Shown here one piece after another: positions 1-10,162 of a stretch of DNA of 64,000 nt (the stretch's first letter is position 1; each line of letters starts with the position of its first letter). A program made the position numbers and the translations under genes. Source of the stretch: an uncultured delta proteobacterium (GTDB taxonomy: Bacteria > Myxococcota_A > Polyangia > Polyangiales > Polyangiaceae); the NCBI GenBank assembly GCA_963716725.1, contig CAVQUB010000032.1, positions 128,001-192,000 on the forward strand, given 5' to 3'. The notes under the pieces were generated by a model. The model was not told the DNA's origin. It did no database searches and saw nothing but the letters and a program-made list of their open reading frames with translations.

Positions 1-268
1 TGAAGTTCGAGCCGAGCTCAAGCGCATCTTGGATGCCTCGGAGCACTGGGACGGTGAGGCGTGGGGCGTCGTGGTCACCGACGCCAACGAGCACGCGATG
101 TTGGTTCGACCGCTGGCCAGCGCCAAGGACGCCAGCGCACATTGGAACCTGCGCTGTGAGATCCGGGAGAAGCTGATCGGCTTCGTGCAGCGCAACTACC
201 CGGATGCCTTGCCACGCACGCGCGCCACGCTGGGCCAGTCGCCGGCTGCGGCCGAGTCGGCGCGTTGA
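1..268 (+). CDS. MscS-family mechanosensitive channel, C-terminal part (truncated by window edge)
   Basis: Ends with VVTDA...VRPLASAKDASAHWNLRCEIREKLIGFVQRNYPDALPR, typical of the MscS C-terminal domain. Confidence 0.75.
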   Translation, partial: EVRAELKRILDASEHWDGEAWGVVVTDANEHAMLVRPLASAKDASAHWNLRCEIREKLIGFVQRNYPDALPRTRATLGQSPAAAESAR

Positions 269-308
269 GCCGGGAATCCCCCGACTCTGACGGACAATTC
301 GCAGAATA

Positions 309-340
309 ATAGTTGCAGGACTCAATGATTGAGTTATACA
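309..340 (+). promoter_or_regulatory. Putative sigma70 promoter with operator palindrome upstream of arsM
   Basis: AT-rich stretch; TTGCAG(313-318)-N16-TATACA(335-340); inverted repeat ACTCAAT-G-ATTGAGT at 320-334 fills the spacer. Confidence 0.55.
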
Positions 341-374
341 GCAATTGACTCCCGCAATGAAAGGAACCGTTCCA

Positions 375-1244
375 ATGACCACGACTCCGTCCTCATCTTC
401 TTGCTGCGCGCCGAGCTGCTGCGACGGCGAGTCTTCCCGTCTGCCCGCCGACGCCAGCCCCGACGCCATCCGGGCCGAGGTGCGCTCGCGCTACAGCCAG
501 GTCGCAAATCGCGGAGGCAGCGATCGGCTGCGCGATCTCTCCATCGGCATCGGCTACTCCGCGGCCGAGCTCGACGGCGTTCCGGCCGAAGCAAACCTCG
601 GTGTCGGCTGCGGCAACCCGACGGCTCTCGCGGCGCTGCGCCCTGGGGAGAAGGTCCTCGACCTTGGCGCGGGCGCCGGCCTCGACGCGCTGATCGCCGC
701 CGAGCGCATCGGGCCCGAAGGTCGGGTAATCGGCGTCGACATGACACCTGCCATGCTCGCGCGCGCACGCGAAAACGCGGTCAAAGCCGGTATCGCAGAC
801 CGCGTCGAGTTTCGCGAGGGCAACATCGAACAGCTGCCCGTTGTCGACGCGAGCATCGACGTCGTGATCTCGAACTGCGTAATCAACCTGAGCCCGGACA
901 AGCCGCAGGTGTTTCGTGAGGCGTGGCGCGTGCTCAAGCCCGGTGGCCGGCTGGCGGTCTCGGACATCGCGCTGACCGAGAAGCTGCCCCCGGCCCTGGC
1001 CGAGCAGGCAGCGCTGTATTCGGCCTGCGTGGGCGGCGCGATGCTGATCGACGACTACGTGGCGGCGATCGAGGCGGCTGGTTTCGTGGACGTTCGACTC
1101 TCGAGCAAGGGTGTCGGCGAGCTGCTCGGATCCATGTTCGAGGATCCAGGCTTCGCCGACGCCGTGGCGGCCGTGGGGCACGACGAGCTACAGCGGGTGG
1201 CCGGCACCGTGCGGAGCTACGCGGTCGAAGCCAAGAAGCCATGA
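375..1244 (+). CDS. arsM: Arsenite S-adenosylmethionine methyltransferase
   Basis: Cys motifs GCGNP, SNCVINL, CVGGA; SAM motif VLDLGAGAG; N-terminal CC pairs; AAGGA RBS before ATG 375. Confidence 0.88.
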   Translation: MTTTPSSSSCCAPSCCDGESSRLPADASPDAIRAEVRSRYSQVANRGGSDRLRDLSIGIGYSAAELDGVPAEANLGVGCGNPTALAALRPGEKVLDLGAGAGLDALIAAERIGPEGRVIGVDMTPAMLARARENAVKAGIADRVEFREGNIEQLPVVDASIDVVISNCVINLSPDKPQVFREAWRVLKPGGRLAVSDIALTEKLPPALAEQAALYSACVGGAMLIDDYVAAIEAAGFVDVRLSSKGVGELLGSMFEDPGFADAVAAVGHDELQRVAGTVRSYAVEAKKP

Positions 1245-1699
1245 ACGACTTCAGCTCGGAGTTGATCGCCATTTGCCGGATGTTCGGCGTGTTCGAGCGC
1301 GAGCAGGTCTGCTGCGGCACTGTCACGGTGCCGCAGTGCCTCGTGCTCCAGGCGTTGCTCGACGAAGGGCGAGACATCAACGGCTTGGCTGACTTCTCCC
1401 GAGTCACGGCCAGCGCGATGACGCGGCTGGTCGACGGCCTGGAGAAGCACGGTTGGGTCACCCGCGATCGCGACCCCGAGGACCGGCGCCGCATCGTGGT
1501 GCGCCTGACCGCGTCGGGCAAGGCGGAGGCGACCCGGCTCCGAGGGCTGACCGAGGCGAGCGTGCTCGCCGTGCTCGACCGCATCCCCAAGCAGAAGCGC
1601 GCGCAGGTGCTCGAGTCGGTGAAGCTCGTGCGCACCGCCCTCGAAGGCGTGCGCTCGGCGCTCGACGCCTGCTGCGGTCCGTCCCGTGGTCCGATTTGA
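1241..1699 (+). CDS. MarR-family regulator with vicinal Cys pairs
   Basis: wHTH motif TRLVDGLEKHGWVTRDRDPEDRR; CC at both ends (QVCCG, DACCG); ATGA overlap with the arsM stop. Confidence 0.85.
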   Translation: MNDFSSELIAICRMFGVFEREQVCCGTVTVPQCLVLQALLDEGRDINGLADFSRVTASAMTRLVDGLEKHGWVTRDRDPEDRRRIVVRLTASGKAEATRLRGLTEASVLAVLDRIPKQKRAQVLESVKLVRTALEGVRSALDACCGPSRGPI

Positions 1700-2244
1700 T
1701 TGCCCGTGCGAAGGGGCTACCGTTGGCTTCGGGATGGGCGAGCTTGGCCGCCACGCTCGAGACGCGCAGCAGGCGCACGTACTCGTAGATGGAGCCGTTG
1801 AAGCGCGGCAGATCCTTGGCCAGCGGGGGCGATGCGTTCCAGGTCTGCGTGACCTGCCAGCTCGACACCCAGTCCGGTTCGTTCCAGATTTCCCAGACTT
1901 TGATCCAGGTTTTGTATTGGCTGACGGTGTCGAATACGTATTTCGCCCAGTGGTTTGCGGGATTCACTTGCCCGCCGGCGAGCAAGATCGGCTCGTACAG
2001 ATTCTTGGGTCGTGCCGCCGCCGCTCCCGCCCGAGCCCGCCACGCCGCCCGATCCGGAACCGCCACCGCTGCCGCCCGACCCCGCCGCGCCGCCGCCGCC
2101 GGTCCCGCTGCTCGCAGCACTGCCGCCCGCGCCGCCCGCGCCGCCGCTGTGCTTGGTGCCGTCGCCGCCGTCGCCGCCCGAGCAGCCGAAGACGAGTCAG
2201 GCGCCGAGTCCGAGCAGAGTGAGGAGTTTGCGCGGAGCGGACAT
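1700..2244 (-). pseudogene. Relic of a lipoprotein clan-A glycoside hydrolase
   Basis: Signal peptide MSAPRKLLTLLGLGA*LVFGC with a stop, Gly-rich linker, frameshift into WEIWNEPD; rest of the domain missing. Confidence 0.55.
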
Positions 2245-2342
2245 GGTTCGGGATGTCGGGGGCGTGAACTCCGCCGGGCCCTGAGCGCGCTTTCGCTGCC
2301 ACGGCCTCGGCGCAATTCGCCGCCTCGGCGGCCGGAGCGCGT

Positions 2343-2990
2343 TCACTCGCAGCCTTGCGGTTCGGTCTCCGATTGGGGGCAGTAGGTCGCCTCGAAGCTG
2401 CCCTTCAGGCTGCCGCCGGCGAAGTCGAGCTCGAGCTTGCCCCGTACAGGTGCGCGGTCACTGACCGTCGGGCCGTCGAGCTGCACGCTGCCGGACTGCG
2501 CGTCGACCCGAGTGACCGGTCGGCAGTCTGCGCCGAGCTCCATGAGCGTTGCGCGTTTCGTATCTCGCGATGCTCGCGCCTTCCCGCTCCTGATCGGGTA
2601 GTCGCCGGCGGAAAAGAGGCCGTCCTGATCGTCATTCTGCTTCAGCGAGAGCATGAGCAGCCGCGCGCCGCGCGGCCAGGCTCCGGCGCGGAGGAAATTG
2701 CACAGATTGGGCACATCCGCGAACACGAGCTGCATGTCGTCGGCGAGCGGGCGCCAGTGGAAGACCGCGCTGGTCACCTTCAACGGTCCGCCTCCGGGAT
2801 CTCCGGTGAAGTGGCTGCGTGCTGCGGGCGCGCTCGCCGACGGACTCGCGGGCGCGAGTGATGCCTCCACTCTCGGCGCAGCAGCGGGCTCGACCTCCGT
2901 CGTGGCCACGGTTGGGGCTCCGCAACTCCAGAGCGCGAGCGGCAGCGCCGAGAGTCGGGCCTCGGCCAGCCGTGGCAGCCATCGGATCAT
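2343..2990 (-). CDS. Hypothetical lipoprotein
   Basis: MIRWLPRLAEARLSALPLALWSC lipobox-like start, Pro/Ala linker, globular C-terminus. Confidence 0.6.
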   Translation of the reverse strand: MIRWLPRLAEARLSALPLALWSCGAPTVATTEVEPAAAPRVEASLAPASPSASAPAARSHFTGDPGGGPLKVTSAVFHWRPLADDMQLVFADVPNLCNFLRAGAWPRGARLLMLSLKQNDDQDGLFSAGDYPIRSGKARASRDTKRATLMELGADCRPVTRVDAQSGSVQLDGPTVSDRAPVRGKLELDFAGGSLKGSFEATYCPQSETEPQGCE

Positions 2991-3251
2991 TGGTGCCGTA
3001 CATACTGCCGCTCCTGCCGGCGCGCGAGCAGATCTCGCCGTCGGCCCGCTCTGGATTGGAAGTCGGTGAGCCGAGCGCGGCCGTCGAGTTCCTTGTCCGT
3101 CACCAGACGCCCCCAAACGAGTCTTGCTGTCTCTTGCTTTGCCTCGGCGGAGAACGATAGAAGAAGCCATCAATGGCCCCTCGGTGCCCATCCGCCCGCC
3201 GGCGAGCGAGAAATCCCGCGACCGCCGCCGCCACGCGGGCTCCAGGAGTGC

Positions 3252-3701
3252 ATGCCCTCGTTCTTTAGCGTCTCGATGCTGTGGTTCTGCGTGCTCGGCG
3301 TCCTGACGAGCTGCTCCGCAGCCCCCGGATATCACGGGGGCAAGCTCGTTTGCGGATGCCACGAGCCCGACACCTGCTACCGGAGCGCTGCGGACGTCGC
3401 CTCGCGCCAGGGGGAGAACGCCGAAACGGCAGAGACGCTCATGTACTTTGCGCAGTGTGCCTGCTTCCAGGGGAGCCGCGCAGGTTGCAACACGCTGGCC
3501 CACTTCGCCAAGGACTGGACGCGCGCGTGCGAGGAGGGTCGCGACGTCTCCACGTCCTGCGCCATCGCAGGCTTCGTCTACGTGCACGGCGTGCAGCTCC
3601 CTCGCCTCGCGGGGAGCTCTTTCGACGCCGATCCGGCCGCAGCCGCGTCCGCGTTCCAGCGAGCTTGTCGCGCAGGCTCGCGAGTGGCCTGCGAACGATG
3701 A
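3252..3701 (+). CDS. Cys-rich Sel1-like repeat lipoprotein
   Basis: LTSC lipobox; repeats such as AC...GCNTL and AFQRACRAGSRVAC. Confidence 0.6.
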   Translation: MPSFFSVSMLWFCVLGVLTSCSAAPGYHGGKLVCGCHEPDTCYRSAADVASRQGENAETAETLMYFAQCACFQGSRAGCNTLAHFAKDWTRACEEGRDVSTSCAIAGFVYVHGVQLPRLAGSSFDADPAAAASAFQRACRAGSRVACER

Positions 3702-3889
3702 AACATCTCGGGGAAGGCAGCCGGGTACCGCACGAGAAAGCGGGCGCCCAAAGAGCCCCAGGACGACGTCCCCCAAGCTCCGGCCTCGCCCAACGCTCGA
3801 GAGGTGAAGTACGAGCACCTTGGCGGGATCCACCATTCCAGCCGCGCCAAGTCACGGCAGGTTCGAGGGCTTGACCGGTCTTGTGGGGG

Positions 3890-5362
3890 TCAGGCGGTGA
3901 GCGGGCCGCCAGTTCGCCGAGCCTCGGCGAGGAGCAGCGCAGCCTCTTCGGCCACCTGCCGCACGCAGAGCTCCATTTCCGCGCGGCGGGTGCGGAAGCT
4001 CAGCACACAGATGCGGGCGAGGAAGCGCTCGCCGACCGTGGCGCCAGTCAGCATGAGCTGGCCGCGGCGGGTGACGCGTTCCATCAGAGCGCGGGTCGCG
4101 ACGTCTTCGGCCTCGCGCGTGCTCAGGGCTGGATCCGCCAAATGGAAGGCAAATAGCGAGAGTTGAGGCGCAGCGTCCATGACGATGCCGGGAATTTGAG
4201 CGACTCGATCTGCCGCCCAGACCGCCAGTGCGCGTTTCTCGGCCAGCGCGGCGCGGTAGCGCTCGGCGCCGAAGAATTTCAGGGTCAACCAGACGCGCAG
4301 TCCGGGAAAGCCACGCGACAGATCCGGCCCGTACTGGGCCGGATCGTAGAACTCGCTCTGGTTGTCTGGCAGATAGCCGGCAGTGGAGGAATGCAGCGCA
4401 CGCAACGCCTCTCCGTCGCGGACCAGCAAGGCGCCGGTACCGTAGGGCAGGAACAGGCCCTTGTGCGGATCGAGAGTGATCGAGTCGGCGCGCGGCAGTC
4501 CGGCGAGCGAGGGCCTCAGCTCGGGCAGCATGTGGAAGAAGCCACCATAGGCGCCGTCCACGTGATGCCACAAGCGCTCGCGCGCGGCGAGATCGGCCAC
4601 CGCGCCGATCGGATCGACTGCGCCAGTGTTGGTGGTGCCGGCGGTCGAGAACACCATGAAAGGCTTGAGGCCAGCCGCGCGGTCGGCGGCAACGAAACCT
4701 TCCAGTTCATCCACGCGTAGGCGGAACTGGTGGTCGACGTCGATGATTCGGACCCGATCGTGGGCGATTCCGGCGAGTCTTGCCGCTTTCGCGATGCAAT
4801 GGTGCGATTGCGACGACACGTACAGCGTGCCCGCGCGGATGTCGTCGCCGAGCAACTTCTCGCGCGCACAAGCAATCGCGTTGAACATCGCCATCGAGCC
4901 ACCGGTGGTGAACAGTCCGCGCGTTTCGGCGGGAAACTGCATCCAGTCGCGCAGCCAATCGAGCGCGTTGGCCTCCAGTTGCACGAGTGCCGGCGCCGCC
5001 TGCCAGATACCGGTGAAGCGGTTGGTCGTGTCGGCGATGAAATCGGCGAGTGCGGCCGGATAGATGCCGCCGCCCGGGATGTAGGCGAGGTAGCCCGGAC
5101 CCGGAGCCGTGAACGAGCGTGGGATCCACTCATCGAAGAGGGGGGCGAGCAGCGCATCCAAGGCCGTGCCCTGCTCCGGCACGCTTTCACGCATCGAACG
5201 GCACAGGGCTTCGATGCCCCTAAAGTCACCGCAGCTCGGCGCAGCGGGCAAGCCGGCCAAATGCGCGACGACCCGCGCCAGCACGGCTTCGCCCATCGCC
5301 CGCATCTCGGTCGCTGACAGGTCCAGGTTGGCGAGATCATGTTCCCGGCTTTCAGTCATCAC
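3890..5362 (-). CDS. Group II PLP-dependent (aromatic amino acid type) decarboxylase
   Basis: GTTNTGAVDP, HVDGAYGG, DSITLDPHK (PLP lysine). Confidence 0.9.
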   Translation of the reverse strand: MMTESREHDLANLDLSATEMRAMGEAVLARVVAHLAGLPAAPSCGDFRGIEALCRSMRESVPEQGTALDALLAPLFDEWIPRSFTAPGPGYLAYIPGGGIYPAALADFIADTTNRFTGIWQAAPALVQLEANALDWLRDWMQFPAETRGLFTTGGSMAMFNAIACAREKLLGDDIRAGTLYVSSQSHHCIAKAARLAGIAHDRVRIIDVDHQFRLRVDELEGFVAADRAAGLKPFMVFSTAGTTNTGAVDPIGAVADLAARERLWHHVDGAYGGFFHMLPELRPSLAGLPRADSITLDPHKGLFLPYGTGALLVRDGEALRALHSSTAGYLPDNQSEFYDPAQYGPDLSRGFPGLRVWLTLKFFGAERYRAALAEKRALAVWAADRVAQIPGIVMDAAPQLSLFAFHLADPALSTREAEDVATRALMERVTRRGQLMLTGATVGERFLARICVLSFRTRRAEMELCVRQVAEEAALLLAEARRTGGPLTA

Positions 5363-6165
5363 GAAGTTCTCCAGATTTGCGCGTCCGAGACGACGTCGTC
5401 AAGCAACTCGCGTGCGTCGGACCCTGCGGCCGACGGCGCCCAGGCAGAACAGATGAGGGCGCAGTTGGCCCGGCTGCCGGAGGATCGGGGGCCGCGAAGA
5501 AGTGTCCTGAACTGCGCCGATGCACGGTAGGACGCACTCCTCGCCACTGCCGCCGCACGCTGCTATTCCGGCGAAGCTCCCATCGCATTCGATCCGCAAG
5601 CTTGCAGCTGCTGTCGGCTTGGTACTCGTCGCCAACGCGCCGAACGGGTGCATCTGCAGCTACCCCGGTCCCAAGGGCGAACCTCCGGAGCTGCCCAGCG
5701 ACCCGCATCCGCTTTCCGATCTCAACACCGAGTGGGAAGGGCGGTTTCGATCTGTACTGCGCGAAGTTCGAGGATCCCTTCGGGAGCTGAGCGGGGCGCT
5801 CGGCGCGCGCTACCGGCCGTCGTGGACGGCAACAGAACCATCGGACGGCTTTGGCGCAGGCGACGGCTTCGCCCGACAGTCCACCGCGCTCCCGTACGGG
5901 TCCACCCACCGGGCGGTCTTGGATCGAACGCAAGGCGCGCAGCACGCATCCGAGTCGCTGCCGCACGCGGCGAGGGTGCCGTACGTCAGAAGCACCGCGA
6001 GCGCAGACAACAGACCGCGATCCATCCCGGACTGTGGCCGAGCCGTTCGCCTGGTCGACATCGACGGCCTTGACGTGATAACAGCACTTCTCGAGCCGAT
6101 CGTCCGGCCGGATTCCGGTTTCCGAATTCCTCCCGTGGCGCGCTCGCGATACCCCAGTTCTCCAG

Positions 6166-6864
6166 ATGAGCCTCGCCCTTTCAGCAACGCTGCTCGGGCT
6201 CGGGGTCGTCGCTGGCCTGGCCTTCGTGTTCTGGCTCTTCCGGCTGCAACGCGCGCGCCGACAGGCGATCTGCGACATGGCCCGCCGGCAGGACTGGCAG
6301 GCGAGCTTTGCCGCGGCGAGCTTTGGCCGGCCGGCGCGGGTCCGCCTCCGCGCCGCTGACGGCGCCTGGCAGGTCGAGGTCGTGCAGCCGACGTCGCAAA
6401 GCACCGGCGGCAACCTCCGGCAGGTGACCGAGTTCATCGCCGCGAGGCCAACCTGGCCCGGCGGCATGGTGATCGTCGGTCCGGCCCTGCCGCCCGAGAC
6501 CGCGTCCTTCGCGTCGATGCTCCTGGCCAGCCTCGACAACCCGCTCGGTCGCAGGCTTCTCGCCGGGCTCGTCGGCGCCGATCTGGCCGATCTTGCCGTT
6601 GGCCTGCGTCCCGTGGGTGGGGCGGCGGGAGTCACGGCACTAGCCTCCGCCGAACTGCCGGCCACGATCGATCTCGACACCATCGCCGCCAGCTTGCGTG
6701 GCTGGCCTCAGATCCAGCGTGGCGAGGAGGGATTTCCGATCCTGATCGTGTCACCGGACGGGGTCAGGCTGCGGCTACGGCACGCGATCACCGATCCGGA
6801 GGGATTCGTTTCGTTCATCGCCCTGGCGCAGGGAGTCGTCGGATACCTGAGCCGCCCGATCTGA
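6166..6864 (+). CDS. Hypothetical membrane-anchored protein
   Basis: N-terminal TM helix followed by basic residues; 232-aa ORF. Confidence 0.6.
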   Translation: MSLALSATLLGLGVVAGLAFVFWLFRLQRARRQAICDMARRQDWQASFAAASFGRPARVRLRAADGAWQVEVVQPTSQSTGGNLRQVTEFIAARPTWPGGMVIVGPALPPETASFASMLLASLDNPLGRRLLAGLVGADLADLAVGLRPVGGAAGVTALASAELPATIDLDTIAASLRGWPQIQRGEEGFPILIVSPDGVRLRLRHAITDPEGFVSFIALAQGVVGYLSRPI

Positions 6865-7026
6865 TCGAGACTGTCCTGGTTGGCAGGGCGCCGGTCGTTC
6901 CGGGCGGCGAGCATGAAGGGTGGAGAGCGCATCGCATGGCTTGGCAATGCGCAGTCGCTCGCTGGAGGCTACAGGGTTTCCGGGTGGCCTGCGCCAGGGC
7001 GACGCCGGACCGGCGCAGAGGGAACC

Positions 7027-7644
7027 GTGCGACAGTCTCGCGTGGTGGTCGAAGCGCTCCCCGAGTGGTTGAAGATGGCGGTCGGCGCGGCCTTCTGTCT
7101 CGCGCTGCCTCTGCTGGTCGGCTGGATGCTCTGGAGCACGCTGCGCGGCGGGCGGGGCATCGCGCAGGGGCTCGCGGGAGGACCGAGCGAGGCGTGCCGC
7201 GCGCTGGGTCTGACGCTCGGCGAACGGGGCGCGCTCTCGGGCTTCGCCGAGGGCAGGTTCCGAGGCCGCTCGGTCCGCGTCTCCTGGGTCGTCGGCCACG
7301 AGCACGGCTACGACGCGTCCCACCACGTCACCCGTGTCGCGGCCGCCATCACGCCTCCGCTCGGGGCCGGGCTCGAGGCGGTCGAGGGCGGCACCGCGGA
7401 GGGCATCGGCTGGCCCGAGCTCGAGCGGCGCGTGGCCGTGCGTGCGGCCGACCCGGCGCGCGCGCGGGACGCGCTGGGCCGCGCGGCACGGACGCTCTGG
7501 AGCTCGCTGGGAGGACCGGGGCGGCTCACGCTCGGGGACGACGCGGTCACCGTGGCGCTACCCGGTGTGAACGTCGGCCGAGCCGGGCTCGAGGCCGCAC
7601 TTCAGCGCGCGACGGCGCTGGCCGCAGCCCTCTCGAGGGCTTGA
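7027..7644 (+). CDS. Hypothetical membrane-anchored protein (start uncertain)
   Basis: TM segment AVGAAFCLALPLLVGWMLW then a globular domain. Confidence 0.5.
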   Translation: MRQSRVVVEALPEWLKMAVGAAFCLALPLLVGWMLWSTLRGGRGIAQGLAGGPSEACRALGLTLGERGALSGFAEGRFRGRSVRVSWVVGHEHGYDASHHVTRVAAAITPPLGAGLEAVEGGTAEGIGWPELERRVAVRAADPARARDALGRAARTLWSSLGGPGRLTLGDDAVTVALPGVNVGRAGLEAALQRATALAAALSRA

Positions 7645-7768
7645 GCTCACAGGCATACGAGTCGCATCGAGAAACGAGAGCGTGCGGGGGTCAGGCGTGC
7701 GCTGTCGAGTACGGCGTGTGAACAAGGACGCCTGGTGCCCGCGAGACGAGACGAAGGCGAGCACGCTC

Positions 7769-8300
7769 ATGCTCATGCTCATGCAGAACACAGTGGAACC
7801 TCAGAGCGCCGAGAACACGAACCAGGTCGAGCACCGCGGCGACCTTCGGGACGGTGATTGCAGCAGCTCGGGCGTTTGTACCTGCGCGGTGGCCTGGCGG
7901 CGGGGTTGCCTTCGCTGGTGGTGTTCGTGCTGACGAGTCAGCAATCCTTGCCACTGCTGTGGCACTTCGGCGGCGTGCTCGGCGTTGGGGCCGCGGTGCT
8001 CATCCTGGTTGGCGCTTGGGGGAACACACCCTGACGCTCGACAAACGGGAGGTGGTCGTCGAGAGTGGGCTCGGTTGGCGGCGGCGCGAAGCGATGCCGC
8101 TGGACGAGTTGGAATTGGTGCGCGTCAATCACCAGCTCGACCCGTCGCTCAATTAGATCAGCGACGGCGCCATCATCCGCATGTCGGTGGACCCGGACGA
8201 CGCCGACTGGCTCCGCAGCTGCATCGAGTACCGCATCGCAAAGCGAGCTGGTGCTCTGGACCCCGATGCGGATGAGCCGGAGCGACTCGGACGCTCGTAG
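7769..8300 (+). pseudogene. Degenerate membrane protein
   Basis: Protein-like segments (HTLTLDKREVVVESGLGWRRRE, DADWLRSCIEYR) split by frameshifts and a TAG. Confidence 0.3.
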
Positions 8301-8433
8301 CCGCGTTCGCCGAAGCCGGAGGGGTCGGGGACGCCTCGCCGGAATCACTCCGAGCAACCGGAAACCTCCGCCCCGGAGGCTAGCCCGAGCAAAGAGATCG
8401 TGCGAAACTACCGGTGCCGATGGGGCGAACGCT

Positions 8434-9474
8434 ATGCTTATGGGAAACACTGGGATGCGACTGGGCGCACTTATCGCGGCAAGCAGTTTCACTTTGGCCC
8501 TTGCCTGTGGCGGGTCAGACGACGCGACGAAGTCGTCGTCGGGTGGAGGCGCAGCGGGAACCGCCGGCACCGCAACGGGCGGCGCGGGCGGTGGCTCCGC
8601 GGGCACTGGCGGCAGCGGCGCGACTGCAGGCACCAGTTCCGGCGGCAACGCAGGCACGAGCTCCGGCGGCAACGCAGGCACGAGCTCCGGCGGCAACGCA
8701 GGCACGAGCTCCGGCGGTACGGGCGGTACAGGCACCGGCGGGACTAGCGCGGGCTGCACGAACGTATGGAACAGCGGCTTCGAGAAGGGCTTCCCCGGCG
8801 AGTTCCTGAACTACGACACCGGTGCCTGGTCGGCCAATGGCAGCATGCCATCAGGGCGTGTGTCGGCGTGGACGATCATCGACCAAGGCAGTGCCCAGCC
8901 GGTGCACGGCGGAAGCAAGGCCTACAAAGGTTGGATCGTCGGCGCCGCGGCGGACAGCCACCGCGCGTATCCTGTGCTGCACACCAGCATCGAGACGCCG
9001 CTTGTGAATACGTTTTGGGTCTACCTGGACGTGGACTACGCGAAGCTGTCCCAAACTGATTGGATCCACTTTGGTACCTGGGGCAACGAAGACGGCGGCG
9101 CCGGGGAGTGGGCGCTGCACACCATGAGCGTGCGCGACAAGAAGCTCGAGTTCGCACACACGGCTCCCTTCGGCGGCACCTACATCGGTCCCACGCCGCA
9201 GCCGAATTTCCCGCTCAAGAAGTGGGTACGGTTCACCGCGTACCTCCACTACACCGGAAGCAGCGGCAAAGTGCAGGTATGGCAAGACGGCGTCGCGGTG
9301 CTCAAAGCGGACGTGGCGCAACTCGCGACCAACCCCGGCACCAAAGTGACCCGCGCGCACTGGGGCATGTACGCCAGCGCTACCACCGCGCAGGGCACCC
9401 AGTACAACGATGACATCACGATCTACCGCCTAGCCGCGCCGCTGACCGACTTGGTCAAGGAACCGTGCAATTAG
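8434..9474 (+). CDS. Lipoprotein with Gly/Ser/Thr linker and ConA/polysaccharide-lyase-like beta-sandwich domain
   Basis: LALAC lipobox; WVRFTAYLHYTGSSGKVQVWQDG and YNDDITI motifs. Confidence 0.65.
   Translation: MLMGNTGMRLGALIAASSFTLALACGGSDDATKSSSGGGAAGTAGTATGGAGGGSAGTGGSGATAGTSSGGNAGTSSGGNAGTSSGGNAGTSSGGTGGTGTGGTSAGCTNVWNSGFEKGFPGEFLNYDTGAWSANGSMPSGRVSAWTIIDQGSAQPVHGGSKAYKGWIVGAAADSHRAYPVLHTSIETPLVNTFWVYLDVDYAKLSQTDWIHFGTWGNEDGGAGEWALHTMSVRDKKLEFAHTAPFGGTYIGPTPQPNFPLKKWVRFTAYLHYTGSSGKVQVWQDGVAVLKADVAQLATNPGTKVTRAHWGMYASATTAQGTQYNDDITIYRLAAPLTDLVKEPCN
8626..8717 (+). repeat. 24-bp coding tandem repeat (AGTSSGGN)
   Basis: GCAGGCACGAGCTCCGGCGGCAAC about 3.8 copies. Confidence 0.9.
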
Positions 9475-9879
9475 GGTCTTACCTCCTGCACTGACCGTTT
9501 TCGCATTTGGGTTGGCAGGCCGCCTGTGACTTGCGGAGTAGCTCACTCGCTTCATGATCACGACGCTCGTCGTCGCTCAGGGCGACTACGGGCGTACGGA
9601 TGACGGTATCCGTGCGAAAGGAGAGCTCGTCACCCGGTTTTGCGTCCACCACGATGGAAGCGTTCGAGTCCATCAGATTGGCCTGTCCAACTTTCTCACC
9701 GCGGGGACGGACCATGAAGAAGATCAACACGAACATACCGATCACCGTGGCCAGAGTCACGACCGCCAGGAAGGCGACCACGACGGGAGAAGTCGGTTTC
9801 GGAACCGGACCACCTGATCGCGGACCGCGGCCGGCCGACGCCGAACACCGTCGCTTCGCTTGCGCGAGAACGCTACGCC

Positions 9880-9896
9880 CATTACACTGGGTAATG
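9880..9896. promoter_or_regulatory. Putative TA operator palindrome
   Basis: CATTAC-ACTGG-GTAATG immediately before the antitoxin ATG. Confidence 0.55.
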
Positions 9897-9898
9897 CA

Positions 9899-10162
9899 AT
9901 GAGTGCTGCTTCGTCGCGAGTGACCGCGCAACATCAGATTTCGATTCCCGCCAATGTCCGTAGCAGACTGGGCATCGTTCCCGGCACGGAGCTCGTCTGG
10001 GAGGAACGCGACGGAGAATACGTCGTCAGGCCGAAGCGCTACTCTCTCGAGGACGTTCGCGCCGTGTGTGCGCGCCGCCCGGTGAAGGCTCGGTCGCTCC
10101 GCGCCATGCGCGCGGCACGCGATCGTGCCTTGAAGGCGAAACATGGCCGCGGCCGACACTAA
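9899..10162 (+). CDS. AbrB/MazE/SpoVT-family antitoxin
   Basis: SRVTAQHQISIPANVRSRLGIVPGTELVWEERDG signature; overlaps the PIN toxin. Confidence 0.85.
   Translation: MSAASSRVTAQHQISIPANVRSRLGIVPGTELVWEERDGEYVVRPKRYSLEDVRAVCARRPVKARSLRAMRAARDRALKAKHGRGRH

Noticed and set aside
2197..2199. In-frame TGA in the glycoside hydrolase relic as possible Sec
   Set aside because: Lies in the hydrophobic core of a signal peptide, has no comparable hairpin, and the gene is otherwise broken
5400..6025. Possible minus-strand lipoprotein (MDRGLLSALAVLL...LAAC)
   Set aside because: Stops after ~70 codons and no recognisable domain can be assembled from the other frames
9479..9810. Short minus-strand membrane ORF ending ACQPKCENGQCRR
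   Set aside because: No clear start and appears chimeric; no product can be supported
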